Positions 49,708 to 60,128 of a stretch of DNA of 64,000 nt are shown piece by piece. The notes below the pieces were generated by a model. That model was not told the DNA's origin, made no database searches, and worked only from the letters and a program-made list of their open reading frames with translations. The DNA comes from an uncultured Pseudomonadota bacterium (GTDB lineage: Bacteria > Pseudomonadota > Gammaproteobacteria > Burkholderiales > Burkholderiaceae_C): the NCBI GenBank assembly GCA_963758955.1, contig CAVWXO010000009.1:27525-91524 (forward strand). Reading direction: 5' to 3'. Numbering within the stretch: position 1 is the stretch's first letter; each line of letters begins with the position of its first letter. A program made the position numbers and the translations under genes.

Positions 49708-51405
49708 CTAAGTGAGGCCGCGCGCCGGGCCATCCAGCATGGCCTGAAGCCGAGCAAGGTCATCGGCCTCGTGCAGCGGCTTGTCATGGCGGATGCGCAG
49801 CATGCGCGGGAAGCGCACCGCGATGCCGCTCTTGTGACGCGCGCTGCGGTTGACGCCCTCGAAGCCCAGCTCGAAGACCAGGGTCGGCCGCACGCTGCGC
49901 ACCGGCCCGAACTTCTCCAGCGTGTTCGCGCGGATCACCTTGTCCACCTGTGCGAACTCGGCGTCGCTCAGCCCCGAGTAGGCCTTGGCAAAGGGCACCA
50001 GCTGCAGTGCGCCGGGCCGCGCGGGCTCGCGCCGGGCAATGGCCTCGACCACCGCGGCCGCCTCGGCGGCATCGGCCGGCGCGCGGTTCCAAACCGCGAA
50101 GCTGTAGTCGGTGTAGACGCTGGCACGGCGGCCATGGCCGGCCTGCGCATAGATCAACACGCCATCGATGCGCAGCGGGTCGATCTTCCACTTCCACCAG
50201 GTGCCGTCGGCCTTGCTGCGGCCGCTGCCGTAGGCCGAGTCCAGCGCCTTGAGCATGAAGCCTTCGACACCGCGCTCGCGCGACTGCTCGCGCAAGGCGG
50301 CCAGCGCGGCCCAGTCATCGGCCTGCACGCGCGGCGACATGGGCACGGCGCAGTCGGCGCAGAGCTGTTGCAGCCGCTCGCGGCGCTCGCGCAGCGGCTG
50401 CGCGCGCAGGTCGGCGCCCTGGCACTCGAGCAGGTCGTAGGCAATGAAGCTCACCGGCGCTTCGGCCAGCAGCTTCTTCGTCAGGTTCTTCCGGCCGATG
50501 CGCTGCTGCAGCCGTTGGAACGGCGCCGGCGCACCGTCGAGCCAGACGAGAATTTCGCCGTCGAGCACGGTGCCCTCGGGCACGCGCGCTGCCAGCGCCA
50601 CCACCTCCGGAAAGCGCTCGGTCATCAGCTCCTCGCCGCGCGACCAGACCCAGCAACGGCCGTCGCGCCGCAGCACCTGCGCACGGATGCCGTCGTACTT
50701 CCACTCCACCAGCCAAGCGGTCAGGTCGCCCATCTGCCGGTTCAGCTCAGCCGCGTCCTCGCTGCAGGCATGGGCCAGGAAAAACGGGTACGGCTGCCCG
50801 GCGTCGCCGGAGCCGTGGGTCGCATGCAGCGCCTCGAAGCGCTCGGCCGTGGGCAGGGCCTTGGCGTCGGTGTAGCCCATCATGCGCTGCGCCACCACCT
50901 TGGCATCGATGCCGAAGGTCTCGGCCAGCGCGCGCTGCACCAGCAGTTTGGCCACGCCGACGCGAAAGCCGCCGCCGATCAGCTTGGTGAGAAGGAAGCG
51001 GCCCGGCGCATCGAGCTCCCGCCACCACAGCGCCAGCGCCTCGGCCTGGGCCTCGGGCGGCTGTCCACGCAGCGGCAGCAGGCGCTGCTCGATCCATTCG
51101 GCCAGCCCCAGATCGCGCGGCCGGTCGGCCGGCGGCAGCACGTGCGCGATGGTCTCGGCCAAGTCGCCCACGGCCTGGTAGCTTTCCTCGAACAGCCAAT
51201 CGGGCAGGCCGGACTCGCGGCAGGCGGTCATGCGCAACAGCGCCGTCGGCACGGTGCGGCGCGGCTTGCCTCCCGCCAGGAAGTACACCGCCCAGGCAGC
51301 GTCTGCGGCATCGGCCGTTTGGAAGTACCGGCGCAGTGCCGCCACCTTGTCGAGCGTGGCGGTGCTGGCGTCGAGCGCGGCATACAGCGCCGCGAAGCGC
51401 TTCAT
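49708..51405 (-). CDS. ATP-dependent DNA ligase
   Basis: EWKYDGIR adenylation motif, LDGEI, YDLL, EGFMLK, WWKWK, RFPR. Confidence 0.95.
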   Translation of the reverse strand: MKRFAALYAALDASTATLDKVAALRRYFQTADAADAAWAVYFLAGGKPRRTVPTALLRMTACRESGLPDWLFEESYQAVGDLAETIAHVLPPADRPRDLGLAEWIEQRLLPLRGQPPEAQAEALALWWRELDAPGRFLLTKLIGGGFRVGVAKLLVQRALAETFGIDAKVVAQRMMGYTDAKALPTAERFEALHATHGSGDAGQPYPFFLAHACSEDAAELNRQMGDLTAWLVEWKYDGIRAQVLRRDGRCWVWSRGEELMTERFPEVVALAARVPEGTVLDGEILVWLDGAPAPFQRLQQRIGRKNLTKKLLAEAPVSFIAYDLLECQGADLRAQPLRERRERLQQLCADCAVPMSPRVQADDWAALAALREQSRERGVEGFMLKALDSAYGSGRSKADGTWWKWKIDPLRIDGVLIYAQAGHGRRASVYTDYSFAVWNRAPADAAEAAAVVEAIARREPARPGALQLVPFAKAYSGLSDAEFAQVDKVIRANTLEKFGPVRSVRPTLVFELGFEGVNRSARHKSGIAVRFPRMLRIRHDKPLHEADDLARLQAMLDGPARGLT

Positions 51406-51421
51406 CGCACCCGCAAGCGCC

Positions 51422-51901
51422 CTATTGGAGCGCGTCGGTTGGAGTCTCTCTGTCGTTGTCCGCCTCGACCGCTGGCGGCTGCTTGACGATCAGTACCGGC
51501 ACCTGCGCGGCGTGCAGCACCTCGTGCGATACCGAGCCGAGCATCGCGCTGCGCAGCGTGCCCATGCCCCGTGCGCCCATCACCACCATGTCGCAGCCGA
51601 AGTTCTCCAGGATGTCGATCAGCGTGTGTGCGGGGTCGCCGGCGGCCACCTCGATCTCGTGCTCGACGCCGGCAGCGCGCACCAGGGCCTGGGCCGGCTC
51701 CAGCAGATGCAGGCCGGCCTTGGCACTGACCTGTTCGATCACCTCCGGGTCATGCGCCAGCAGCATCTCGTACAGCGTGGCCGGCTCCTGCACGTTGGCC
51801 AGCACCAGGCTGGCGCGCAGGCCGCCCTCGATCAGGGTCAGGGCCTGGCGCACCGCCTGCAGCGAGGCAGCGGACCCGTCGACGGGCACAAGGATCTTCA
51901 T
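51422..51901 (-). CDS. Universal stress protein
   Basis: ILVPVDGS...VVMGARG...LGSVSHEVL...PVLIV. Confidence 0.92.
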   Translation of the reverse strand: MKILVPVDGSAASLQAVRQALTLIEGGLRASLVLANVQEPATLYEMLLAHDPEVIEQVSAKAGLHLLEPAQALVRAAGVEHEIEVAAGDPAHTLIDILENFGCDMVVMGARGMGTLRSAMLGSVSHEVLHAAQVPVLIVKQPPAVEADNDRETPTDALQ

Positions 51902-52056
51902 CGTGGTCTTCTCCAAGGGGACTCGGGCGAAGTGTGACAGTTGCCGCGGCACCTGGCGAAGGTCTTAGCATCCACCTGCGTCCAAGCGCCGTCCATGACC
52001 GAGCCGCAATCCCAACCCGCCGTTGCCGATGATGCCGGCCCGCCAAGGAGCCGGGC

Positions 52057-54663
52057 TTGAGCACGCGCAACCTGGACGCGCTGCTGAACCCAGTCTCGGT
52101 GGTGGTGGTGGGCGCCTCCGCGCGGCCCGACAGCATGGGTGCGATCGCCTGGCGCAACCTGCGTGCCGGTGCCTTCAAGGGCCCGGTGTATGCGGTCAAC
52201 CCCAAGCACCGGCGGCTCGACGGCCAGGCCGTGCATGCGCGCATCGGCGATCTGCCCGCGCCGGCCGACCTGGCGGTGGTGTGCACGCCCGCGGCCACGG
52301 TGCCGGGCATCGTCGCCGAGCTGGGGCGCTGCGGCACGCGCGCGGCGGTCGTGCTCAGCGCCGGATTGGACGCCGCGCAGCGCCAGGCCATGCTCGATGC
52401 CGCGCGGCCGCACCTGCTGCGCGTGCTGGGCCACGGCTGCGTGGGCATGCTGTCGCCGCACATCGGGCTGAATGCCAGCATCGCCCACTGCGATGCGGCC
52501 GCCGGCGAACTGGCTTTCGTGTCGCAATCGGGCTCGCTGGTCAGCGCCATGCTCGACTGGGCGCGGGCGCGCGGCATCGGCTTCTCGCAGGTGCTGTCGC
52601 TGGGCCAGCATGCCGACATCGACGCCGGCGATCTGCTCGACCAGCTCGCCAGCGACCCGCGCACTCGCTCGATCCTGCTGTACTTGGATGCTGTCGAGTC
52701 GCCGCGCAAGTTCATGTCGGCGGCACGCGCCGCGGCGCGCAACAAGCCGGTGATCGTCGTGCGCTCCGGCCGCGCTGCGCCGTGCCGCTCGGTCGACACC
52801 GACCGGGTGTACGACGCGGCCTTCGCGCGCGCCGGCATGCTGCGCGTGGCCACGTTGCAGCAGATGTTCCTGGCCGCCGAGACGCTGGCCCGCTTTCGCG
52901 GCAATCGCAGCGAGCGCCTGGCGATCCTCGGCAACAGCAGCGGCGCCAATGCCCTGGCCGCAGACGCCGCGGCGCGCGCGGGCGTGCGACTGGCCACATT
53001 GCAGCCCCAGACGCTGCATCGCCTGCAGCCGCTGCTGGCGCACGACGCGCTGCAGGCCGCGCCACTGCAGCTGCCTGGCGAGGCCGCACCCGAGGCCTAC
53101 GCGCAGGCGTTGCAGGCGCTGGTCGACGATGGCGCCGCACCGGCGCTGCTGCTCATTCATGCCCCCGGCGCGGTGATGCCCAGCGCGCCGCTGGCGCGCG
53201 CGCTGCTGCCGCTGGCCCAGCGCACGCCGCCGCAACTGATGGGCTGCTGGCTCGGGCATGCGGCGGTGGCCGAGGCGCGCCGCGTGTTCCAGCAGGCCGG
53301 CGTGGCCACCTATGCCACGCCGGAGGAGGCGGTGGAGGCGTTCTCGATGCTGGTCGACTACCGTCGCAACCAGGCCCAGCTGATCGAAGCGCCGCCGACC
53401 CGCAGCCACGAGGTCGATGCCGACGCCGCAGCGGCACGCGCGCTGGTACAGCGGGCGCTGGGCGCCGGCCGCACGCAGCTCGACGACGAGGAGGCACGCA
53501 CGCTGCTGGCGGCCTACGGCATCGCAGTGATGGCGGTACGGTCGGTGGAACCCGAACCCTACGCCGCGGCCAGCGCCGCCGAGAGGATCGGCTACCCGGT
53601 GGCGCTGAAGATCGTCTCGCCTGACATCGCGCTGGGCCTGGAGGTGGGCGGCATGCGCCTGGACCTGCGCAGTGCGGTGCAGGTGCGCGATGCCGCCCGG
53701 CGCATGCTCGGCATCGTGCAGCGCACGCTGCCCGCAGCGCGCATCGACGGCTTTCGCATCGAGGCCATGGCCCGGCCGGCACAGGCGCGCCGCCTGGCCG
53801 CCGGGGCCGCCATCGACCCGCTGTTCGGCCCGGTGATCCGCCTCGATGCCGGCGAGCCGACCTGGGCGCTGCCGCCGCTGAACCTGCCGTTGGCGCGGGC
53901 GCTGGAGCAGCGCAGTGGCGCATCGGCACTGCTGCGCGAGCACGGCGACACGCCCGCAGCCGACGAGACGGCGCTGCAGCGCGTGCTGGTCGGCCTTTCG
54001 CAGCTGCTGATCGACGTGTCACAGATTGACGAGGTGGAGCTGGCGCCACTGCTGGTGGGCAGCGATGGCGCGGTGGCGCTGCACGCCCGTGTATGCCTGA
54101 GCCTGGCGGCGCCGGCCGGCGCGCTGAACTTCGCCATCCGGCCCTACCCCTCGCACCTGGTGGAGACGCTGCACTGGCACGGGCGCAGGCTGACACTTCG
54201 GCCGATCCGTCCCGAGGACGAAATCCAGCACATGGCCTTCCTGAGCCTGCTGGAGCCGGCCGACATCCGCATGCGGGTGTTCTACAGCCGACGCAGCATC
54301 GAGCGCAGCGAGCTGGCGCGGCTGACGCAGATCGACTATGCGCGCGAGATGGCCTTCGTGGCGGTGGATCACGACGACGAGGGCCAGGAGCGCACGCTCG
54401 GCGTGGTGCGCGCCATCGCCGACCCGGACAACCACAGCGCCGAGTTCGGCATCGTCATCCGCTCGGACATAAAGGGCCTGCGCCTGGGTCAGCTGCTGAT
54501 GCAGCGCATCATCGACTACCAGCGCAGCCACGGCACCGGCAAGCTGGTGGCCACCGTACTGGCCGAGAACACGCGCATGCTGGAGCTGGCTCGCCGGCTG
54601 GGCTTCGTCGAAGGCGCCAGCGACCAGGGCGACGGCATCCGTTACATCGAACTGCTGCTGTGA
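52057..54663 (+). CDS. Protein lysine acetyltransferase, Pat/PatZ type (acyl-CoA synthetase-like + GNAT)
   Basis: TTG start; VVVGAS...YAVNP CoA-binding domain, SQSG, GYPVALKI, DPLFGP, then AIRPYP...LRPIRPEDE...LTQIDYAREMAFVA GNAT. Confidence 0.9.
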   Translation: MSTRNLDALLNPVSVVVVGASARPDSMGAIAWRNLRAGAFKGPVYAVNPKHRRLDGQAVHARIGDLPAPADLAVVCTPAATVPGIVAELGRCGTRAAVVLSAGLDAAQRQAMLDAARPHLLRVLGHGCVGMLSPHIGLNASIAHCDAAAGELAFVSQSGSLVSAMLDWARARGIGFSQVLSLGQHADIDAGDLLDQLASDPRTRSILLYLDAVESPRKFMSAARAAARNKPVIVVRSGRAAPCRSVDTDRVYDAAFARAGMLRVATLQQMFLAAETLARFRGNRSERLAILGNSSGANALAADAAARAGVRLATLQPQTLHRLQPLLAHDALQAAPLQLPGEAAPEAYAQALQALVDDGAAPALLLIHAPGAVMPSAPLARALLPLAQRTPPQLMGCWLGHAAVAEARRVFQQAGVATYATPEEAVEAFSMLVDYRRNQAQLIEAPPTRSHEVDADAAAARALVQRALGAGRTQLDDEEARTLLAAYGIAVMAVRSVEPEPYAAASAAERIGYPVALKIVSPDIALGLEVGGMRLDLRSAVQVRDAARRMLGIVQRTLPAARIDGFRIEAMARPAQARRLAAGAAIDPLFGPVIRLDAGEPTWALPPLNLPLARALEQRSGASALLREHGDTPAADETALQRVLVGLSQLLIDVSQIDEVELAPLLVGSDGAVALHARVCLSLAAPAGALNFAIRPYPSHLVETLHWHGRRLTLRPIRPEDEIQHMAFLSLLEPADIRMRVFYSRRSIERSELARLTQIDYAREMAFVAVDHDDEGQERTLGVVRAIADPDNHSAEFGIVIRSDIKGLRLGQLLMQRIIDYQRSHGTGKLVATVLAENTRMLELARRLGFVEGASDQGDGIRYIELLL

Positions 54664-55715
54664 TCGGCGATCTCGGCGGCCTCGTCGCCGAATTCGGTGC
54701 GGAAGGAGCCGGCCTGCAGACCCTGCTCGCGCAGCCAGCGCACCATCACCGCCTCGTATCCATGAGTGACGATGATGCGCTCGGCGCCGGTGGCGCGAAT
54801 GGCTGACTGGAGCCCGGGCCAGTCGGCATGGTCGCTGAGCACGAAGCCGCGGTCCACGCCCTGGCGGCGGCGCGCGCCGCGCAGTTGCATCCAGCCGCTG
54901 GCAAAGGCGCCGCCGAAGTCGCCGAAGCGCCGCACCCAGGCACTGCCATGCACTGACGGCGGGGCGATGACCAGAGCGCGCGACAGCGACTCGCGCGAGC
55001 TGAACTGGGCCGCGGGCAGGCAAGGCGCCAGCGTGACACCGGCAGCGCGGTACACCTCGTTCAACGGCTCGACCGCACCATGCACCAGCACCGGGCCGAT
55101 CGACGCGTCCACGCCCGCCAGCAGACGTTGCGCCTTGCCCAGGCTGTAGGCCATCAGCAGGCTGGTGCGGCCGGCTGCGGCATTGCCCTGCCACCAGGCG
55201 TTGATGTCGGCCAGCACCTCGGCCTGCGGCCGCCAGCGGTAGATCGGCAGGCCGAAGGTGGATTCGGTGATGAAGGCATGGCAGCGCAGCGGCTCGAAGG
55301 CGCTGCAGGTGGGGTTGAGATCGCCGCTGCCGGTGTGGAAGTAGTCGCCCGAGGCCACCCAGACCTGGCCGCGGTGCTCGATGCGCACCTGCGCGGAGCC
55401 GAGCACATGGCCGGCCGGGTGCAGGCTGAGGCGCACGCCGTGGATCTGCAGCGCCTCGCCCCAGGCCAGCGCCTGCAGGTCGATGTTGCCGAGCCGGGCG
55501 CGCAGCAAGCCGGCGCCTTCGGCGCTGCACAGATAGTGGCGATGGCCAGGACGCGCGTGGTCGGCATGGGCATGGGTGATGACGGCGCGGTCCACCGGCC
55601 GCCAAGGGTCGATGTAGAAGTCGCCGGCCGGGCAATACAGGCCCTGCGCCCGCAGCACGATCAGGTCGGCCGCAGGGTCCGCGGCCGGCGCGTCCTGGAC
55701 AGCGTTGCTCGGCAT
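54642..55715 (-). CDS. Ligase-associated DNA damage response exonuclease (metallo-beta-lactamase/beta-CASP)
   Basis: GLYCPAGDFYIDPWRPV, THAHADH, AGHVLGS, ITESTFGLP, YSLGKAQR, ASGWM, LSDHADW. Confidence 0.93.
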   Translation of the reverse strand: MPSNAVQDAPAADPAADLIVLRAQGLYCPAGDFYIDPWRPVDRAVITHAHADHARPGHRHYLCSAEGAGLLRARLGNIDLQALAWGEALQIHGVRLSLHPAGHVLGSAQVRIEHRGQVWVASGDYFHTGSGDLNPTCSAFEPLRCHAFITESTFGLPIYRWRPQAEVLADINAWWQGNAAAGRTSLLMAYSLGKAQRLLAGVDASIGPVLVHGAVEPLNEVYRAAGVTLAPCLPAAQFSSRESLSRALVIAPPSVHGSAWVRRFGDFGGAFASGWMQLRGARRRQGVDRGFVLSDHADWPGLQSAIRATGAERIIVTHGYEAVMVRWLREQGLQAGSFRTEFGDEAAEIADHSSSSM

Positions 55716-55766
55716 TGGGGCATTGTGCGGCCGGGGCATGGAATACTGGGCGCAGGAGCCCACGCC

Positions 55767-56174
55767 GTGACCTCGACCCTGCCCGCCACCGATCCCTTTG
55801 CCGAACCGATGCCGCCGCTGCGCATCTTCTTCAGCCTGCGTGGGAGGGTATCGCGACGCCAGTTCTGGCTGTACGGCGTGCTGGCGCTGATCGGCCTGGC
55901 GATGCTTGGCCACGCGCTGCTCGGCATCGCCCGGGTGCGGGCGCATACGGCGGACCTGCTGGTCAACCTGCTGCTGGTGTGGCCGGCGTTGGCGGTGTCG
56001 GTAAAGCGCTGGCACGATCGCGACAAGTCCGGCTGGTGGGTGCTGCTCAACCTGGTGCCGGTGATCGGCTGGCTCTGGGCGCTGATCGACAACGGCTTCC
56101 TGCGCGGCACGTCCGGGCCGAACCGCTTCGGCGAGGACCCGCTGGCGCGGCCCGGGCTCAGTATCTTCCAGTGA
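55767..56174 (+). CDS. DUF805 family membrane protein
   Basis: FSLRGRVSRRQFW...VKRWHDRDKSGWW...GPNRFGEDP; start 55767 or 55809. Confidence 0.88.
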   Translation: MTSTLPATDPFAEPMPPLRIFFSLRGRVSRRQFWLYGVLALIGLAMLGHALLGIARVRAHTADLLVNLLLVWPALAVSVKRWHDRDKSGWWVLLNLVPVIGWLWALIDNGFLRGTSGPNRFGEDPLARPGLSIFQ

Positions 56175-57414
56175 TGCCGGCCACGCGCAGGTAGAGGTTG
56201 GCGCACCAGGCAACGAAGCCGCGCGACAGCCAACCGCGCCAGCCTTCGCGCAATGGCGCGGCACGCACCTCGTGCGAGACGGCCATCGCCGCATCCAGAC
56301 GCTCGCTCAGCCGCTGAGCGAAAGTCTCGTCCAACACCACCGCGTTGGCTTCCAGATTGAGCAGCAGCGACAGCGGGTCGATGTTGGAGCTGCCCACGGT
56401 GGCCCAGCGGCCGTCGACCACCGCCACCTTGGCATGCAGGAAAGCCGGGGTGTATTCGAAGATGTGCACGCCGCGTGCCAGCAGCTCGTCGTAGAGCACG
56501 CGCGCGGCCAGTGCGGCCAGCCGGTAGTCGACCTTGCCTTGCATGAGCAGGCGCACGCGCACCCCGCGCTGGGCCGCGGCAAGCAGGCTGCGGCGGAAAG
56601 CGCGGCGCGGATAGAAGTACGGGCAGGCGATGTCGACACTGGTGCGGGCGGCGCGCACGGCTTCGATGTAGCTGCGCTCGATGGCGCGCCGCCGGCTCAG
56701 GTTGTCGCGCACCACAAAGGCCACCCGCACAGGCGGCTGTGTACCGCCTTGCGCCGCATCGTCCGGCGGCAGTCCGCGCAGTTCGCGCCACAGCTGCAGC
56801 GTGTCGGCCACCGGACGGCGGCTGCGCGCCAGCACGCCGACTTCGCGACGCCACTCCTTGCCGAGTCGGGCACGGGCGCCCAGCGCCTGCGCCAGCCTCT
56901 GGACCTGCAACACGACCGGCCCGCGCAACTCGACCGCGAAGTCCAGGCGCGGCTGCTCGGAGCGGCCGTGGCTCAGGTCGTTGCGATCGTCGAGGACGTT
57001 GATGCCGCCGACGAAGGCCACGGCGTCGTCGACCACGCACAGCTTGTGATGCAGGCGCCGCAGCTGCGACGGTTGCAGCCAGGCCGACCAGCGGTCGAGC
57101 GGTCGGAAGACGTCGATCTGCACACCGTCGGCGGCCAGCCAGCCCTTCACTTTCTGCAACGTGGCCATCGAGCCGAAGCCGTCGACCACCAGGTGCACCT
57201 CGACACCGCGGCGCGCCGCCTCGCGCAGCGCGTCGGCCATGGCGCGGCCGGCTTCGTCATCGTGGAAGATGTAGGTGGCCAGCCAGACTTGGCGTTGTGC
57301 CTCGGCCATGGCGCGATGCATGGCGGGAAACAGTTCGTCTCCGCCCTGCAGCAGGCCGACACGGTTGCCACCGACGAAGTCGGCAGACCCGGCCTCGGAC
57401 TCCGCGGCAAGCAT
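56158..57414 (-). CDS. clsB: Cardiolipin synthase B
   Basis: Two HKD motifs (HHKLCVVD, HAKVAVVD), no N-terminal TM, downstream of an EEP gene as in ybhP-clsB. Confidence 0.88.
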   Translation of the reverse strand: MLAAESEAGSADFVGGNRVGLLQGGDELFPAMHRAMAEAQRQVWLATYIFHDDEAGRAMADALREAARRGVEVHLVVDGFGSMATLQKVKGWLAADGVQIDVFRPLDRWSAWLQPSQLRRLHHKLCVVDDAVAFVGGINVLDDRNDLSHGRSEQPRLDFAVELRGPVVLQVQRLAQALGARARLGKEWRREVGVLARSRRPVADTLQLWRELRGLPPDDAAQGGTQPPVRVAFVVRDNLSRRRAIERSYIEAVRAARTSVDIACPYFYPRRAFRRSLLAAAQRGVRVRLLMQGKVDYRLAALAARVLYDELLARGVHIFEYTPAFLHAKVAVVDGRWATVGSSNIDPLSLLLNLEANAVVLDETFAQRLSERLDAAMAVSHEVRAAPLREGWRGWLSRGFVAWCANLYLRVAGITGRY

Positions 57415-57417
57415 CCG

Positions 57418-58224
57418 CTAGGGCCGCTGCAATTCGGCCAGCAGCGGCAGGTGGTCCGACATGCGTGCCCAGGCCGTGCCGCGCGGCACGGCGGTGGACT
57501 GGCAGGCCAGGCCGCGGGTGTAGATGCGGTCCATGGCGAACACCGGCACGCGCGACGGGAAGGTCAGGCGCTGCGCGCTGCGGTCGAGCAGCGAGCCGGC
57601 GCGCTGCAGTCCGAGTTCGCGCATCGACGGATCGAGTTTTTCGCCCCAGTCGTTGAAGTCGCCGGCAACGACCAGCATTTCATCCGGTGGCACGTGCGCC
57701 CCAAGGAAGTCGGCCAGGCGCTGCACCTGGCGCACGCGGCTGCGGTGCACCAGCCCGAAGTGCACCACCACCGCATGCAGCGGCTGGCCGTTCCAGCGCA
57801 CCGGCACGTGCAGCAGGCCGCGCTGCTCGAAGCGGTGGTCGCTGACGTCGTGGTGGCCGATCGCGCCCAGCGGCCAGCGCGACAGCAGCGCATTGCCATG
57901 CTCGCCATGGCGTGTGACGGCATTGGTGCGGTAGGCCACCTCGTAGCCTTCGGGCGCCAGGAAGTGCGCCTGCCCGCCGTCCGGCCAGCCGAACCAGGTG
58001 CGCTCGAACTGCCGCGCGTCGCGGGTGTGGAACAGCCGCACTTCCTGCAGGAACACCAGATCGGCGTCCAATGCCTCGATGCCCAGGCCCAGGTTGTGGA
58101 TCTCCAGCCGCTTGCGCGGCCCGACGCCACGCACGCCCTTGTGGATGTTGTAGGTGGCCACGCGCAGCGTGGACAGGTCCATCTGCGCCGACGCGGCAAA
58201 GCCGGGCGAGGAATACGGGTTCAC
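57418..58224 (-). CDS. Endonuclease/exonuclease/phosphatase (YbhP-like)
   Basis: TYNIHKG, FLQEV, HGNALLS, AGDFND, DRIY, SDHLP. Confidence 0.9.
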   Translation of the reverse strand: MNPYSSPGFAASAQMDLSTLRVATYNIHKGVRGVGPRKRLEIHNLGLGIEALDADLVFLQEVRLFHTRDARQFERTWFGWPDGGQAHFLAPEGYEVAYRTNAVTRHGEHGNALLSRWPLGAIGHHDVSDHRFEQRGLLHVPVRWNGQPLHAVVVHFGLVHRSRVRQVQRLADFLGAHVPPDEMLVVAGDFNDWGEKLDPSMRELGLQRAGSLLDRSAQRLTFPSRVPVFAMDRIYTRGLACQSTAVPRGTAWARMSDHLPLLAELQRP

Positions 58225-58712
58225 CGCGCTGCGGCCGCCAGGAAGTGCGGCAGTTGCAGGATGGCCTCGGCATTGCTGGGCGAGAAGCAGCGGTCGGCCG
58301 CCTCGCGCCACGGCCACCAGCCGAACTGCAGGTGCTCACGCGGGTTCAGCCGCACCGGTGTGCCAGCCGGCACCGTCAGGCCGAAGACCTGCTCGGTGTT
58401 GTGCGTCACGCCGGGCGCATAGCGGTGTCGCCACACGGGGTAGATCTCGTAGACGTTGCGCAAGCTCCAGTCACGCAGTGCCGAGCGCGGCACCGCGGCG
58501 CTGCCGATGAGGATGCCGGTCTCTTCCTCGACCTCGCGCACGCAGGTCTGATCGAAGGGTTCATCGAGCGTGTCCTTCGAGCCGGTGACGCTTTGCCAGT
58601 AGCCCGGCTTGTCGGCGCGCTCGATCAGCAGCACCTGACGGTCCGGCGTGTGGATGACCACGAGCACCGACTGCGGGATCTTCGGCGGGCGCGGTGCAGG
58701 CTCTGGGCTCAT
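58221..58712 (-). CDS. nudB: Dihydroneopterin triphosphate diphosphatase
   Basis: KIPQSVLVVI, WQSVTGS, REVEEETG Nudix box, WRHRYAPGVT. Confidence 0.92.
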   Translation of the reverse strand: MSPEPAPRPPKIPQSVLVVIHTPDRQVLLIERADKPGYWQSVTGSKDTLDEPFDQTCVREVEEETGILIGSAAVPRSALRDWSLRNVYEIYPVWRHRYAPGVTHNTEQVFGLTVPAGTPVRLNPREHLQFGWWPWREAADRCFSPSNAEAILQLPHFLAAAAR

Positions 58713-58739
58713 GCCGCCCAGCATAGCGTGACGCGCCGC

Positions 58740-60074
58740 TCAGCCCCGGGCACCGAGCCGGCCGATGGCGTGGTATTCGATGCCCGCCGCAGCAACCGTG
58801 TCGGGCGCGAACATGTTGCGCCCGTCGAAGATGACAGGCTGCATCAGCGTGGCCTTGATGCGATCGAAATCCGGGCTGCGGAATTCCTTCCACTCGGTGA
58901 CGATGACCAGTGCATCCGCACCCTCCAGTGCCCCCATGGCACTGTCGGCGAAGGCCAATCCCGGGGGCGTGCCCAGCACGCGCCGGGCCTCGGGCATGGC
59001 AATCGGGTCGTAGGCCATCACGGCGGCGCCACGCCGGAGCAGCTCGCCGAGGATCACGCGGCTGGGTGCTTCGCGCATGTCGTCGGTGTTGGGCTTGAAG
59101 GCCAGGCCCCACAGCGCGAAGCGGCGGCCCTTCAGGTCGTTGCCGAAGCGGCGCACGATCTTTTCGATCAGCACCAGCTTCTGCGCCTCGTTGGCGCTTT
59201 CCACTGCGCGCAGCACCTGCAGGCTGCGACCGGATTCCGCGGCGGTGTGGATCAGCGCCTTGACGTCCTTGGGAAAGCACGAGCCGCCGTAGCCGCAGCC
59301 GGCATAGAGGAAGCCGAAGCCGATGCGCGGGTCGCTGCCGATGCCCAGGCGGACCTGCTCGATGTCGGCACCCACGCGCTCGGCCAGCAGCGCCAGTTCG
59401 TTCATGAAGGAAATGCGCGTGGCCAGCATGGCGTTGGCGGCGTACTTGGTCAGCTCGGCCGAGCGCAGATCCATGACCACCAGCTTGTCGTGGTTGCGCT
59501 GGAAGGGCGCGTACAGGTCGCGCATCACGAGCGTGGCGCGCTCGTCGTCGGTGCCCACGATGATGCGGTCAGGCCGCATGAAGTCGTCGACGGCCGCACC
59601 CTCCTTCAGGAACTCGGGGTTCGACACGACCGAGAAGTCGATCTCCGCGCCACGCTCGGCCAGCGCTTCCGCGATGGCACCACGCACCCTGTCGGCCGTA
59701 CCCACGGGCACCGTGCTCTTGTCGATCACCACCTTGTACTCGGCCATGTAGCGGCCGATGTTGCGCGCGGCTGCAAGCACGTACTTCATGTCGGCCGAGC
59801 CGTCCTCGTCCGGTGGCGTGCCCACCGCGATGAATTGCAGCTTGCCGTGGGCCACGGCGCGCTGCACGTCGGTAGTGAAGCGCAGCCGCCCGGCCACGAC
59901 GTTGCGCGCCACGATCTGCTCCAGACCCGGTTCGTGGATCGGGATGCCGCCGCCTTCGAGAATGGCGATCTTGGCGGCATCCAGATCGAGGCACAGCACG
60001 TCGTTGCCCATTTCGGCCAGGCAGGCGCCGGACACCAGACCGACGTAACCTGTTCCCACCACCGTCAACTTCAT
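58740..60074 (-). CDS. ugd: UDP-glucose 6-dehydrogenase
   Basis: [40 protein letters not shown]. Confidence 0.93.
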   Translation of the reverse strand: MKLTVVGTGYVGLVSGACLAEMGNDVLCLDLDAAKIAILEGGGIPIHEPGLEQIVARNVVAGRLRFTTDVQRAVAHGKLQFIAVGTPPDEDGSADMKYVLAAARNIGRYMAEYKVVIDKSTVPVGTADRVRGAIAEALAERGAEIDFSVVSNPEFLKEGAAVDDFMRPDRIIVGTDDERATLVMRDLYAPFQRNHDKLVVMDLRSAELTKYAANAMLATRISFMNELALLAERVGADIEQVRLGIGSDPRIGFGFLYAGCGYGGSCFPKDVKALIHTAAESGRSLQVLRAVESANEAQKLVLIEKIVRRFGNDLKGRRFALWGLAFKPNTDDMREAPSRVILGELLRRGAAVMAYDPIAMPEARRVLGTPPGLAFADSAMGALEGADALVIVTEWKEFRSPDFDRIKATLMQPVIFDGRNMFAPDTVAAAGIEYHAIGRLGARG

Positions 60075-60128
60075 CTACGTACTCCGTTCACGTCCACACC
60101 CCTGGGCCAGACTCCAGTCTGCCGCACC

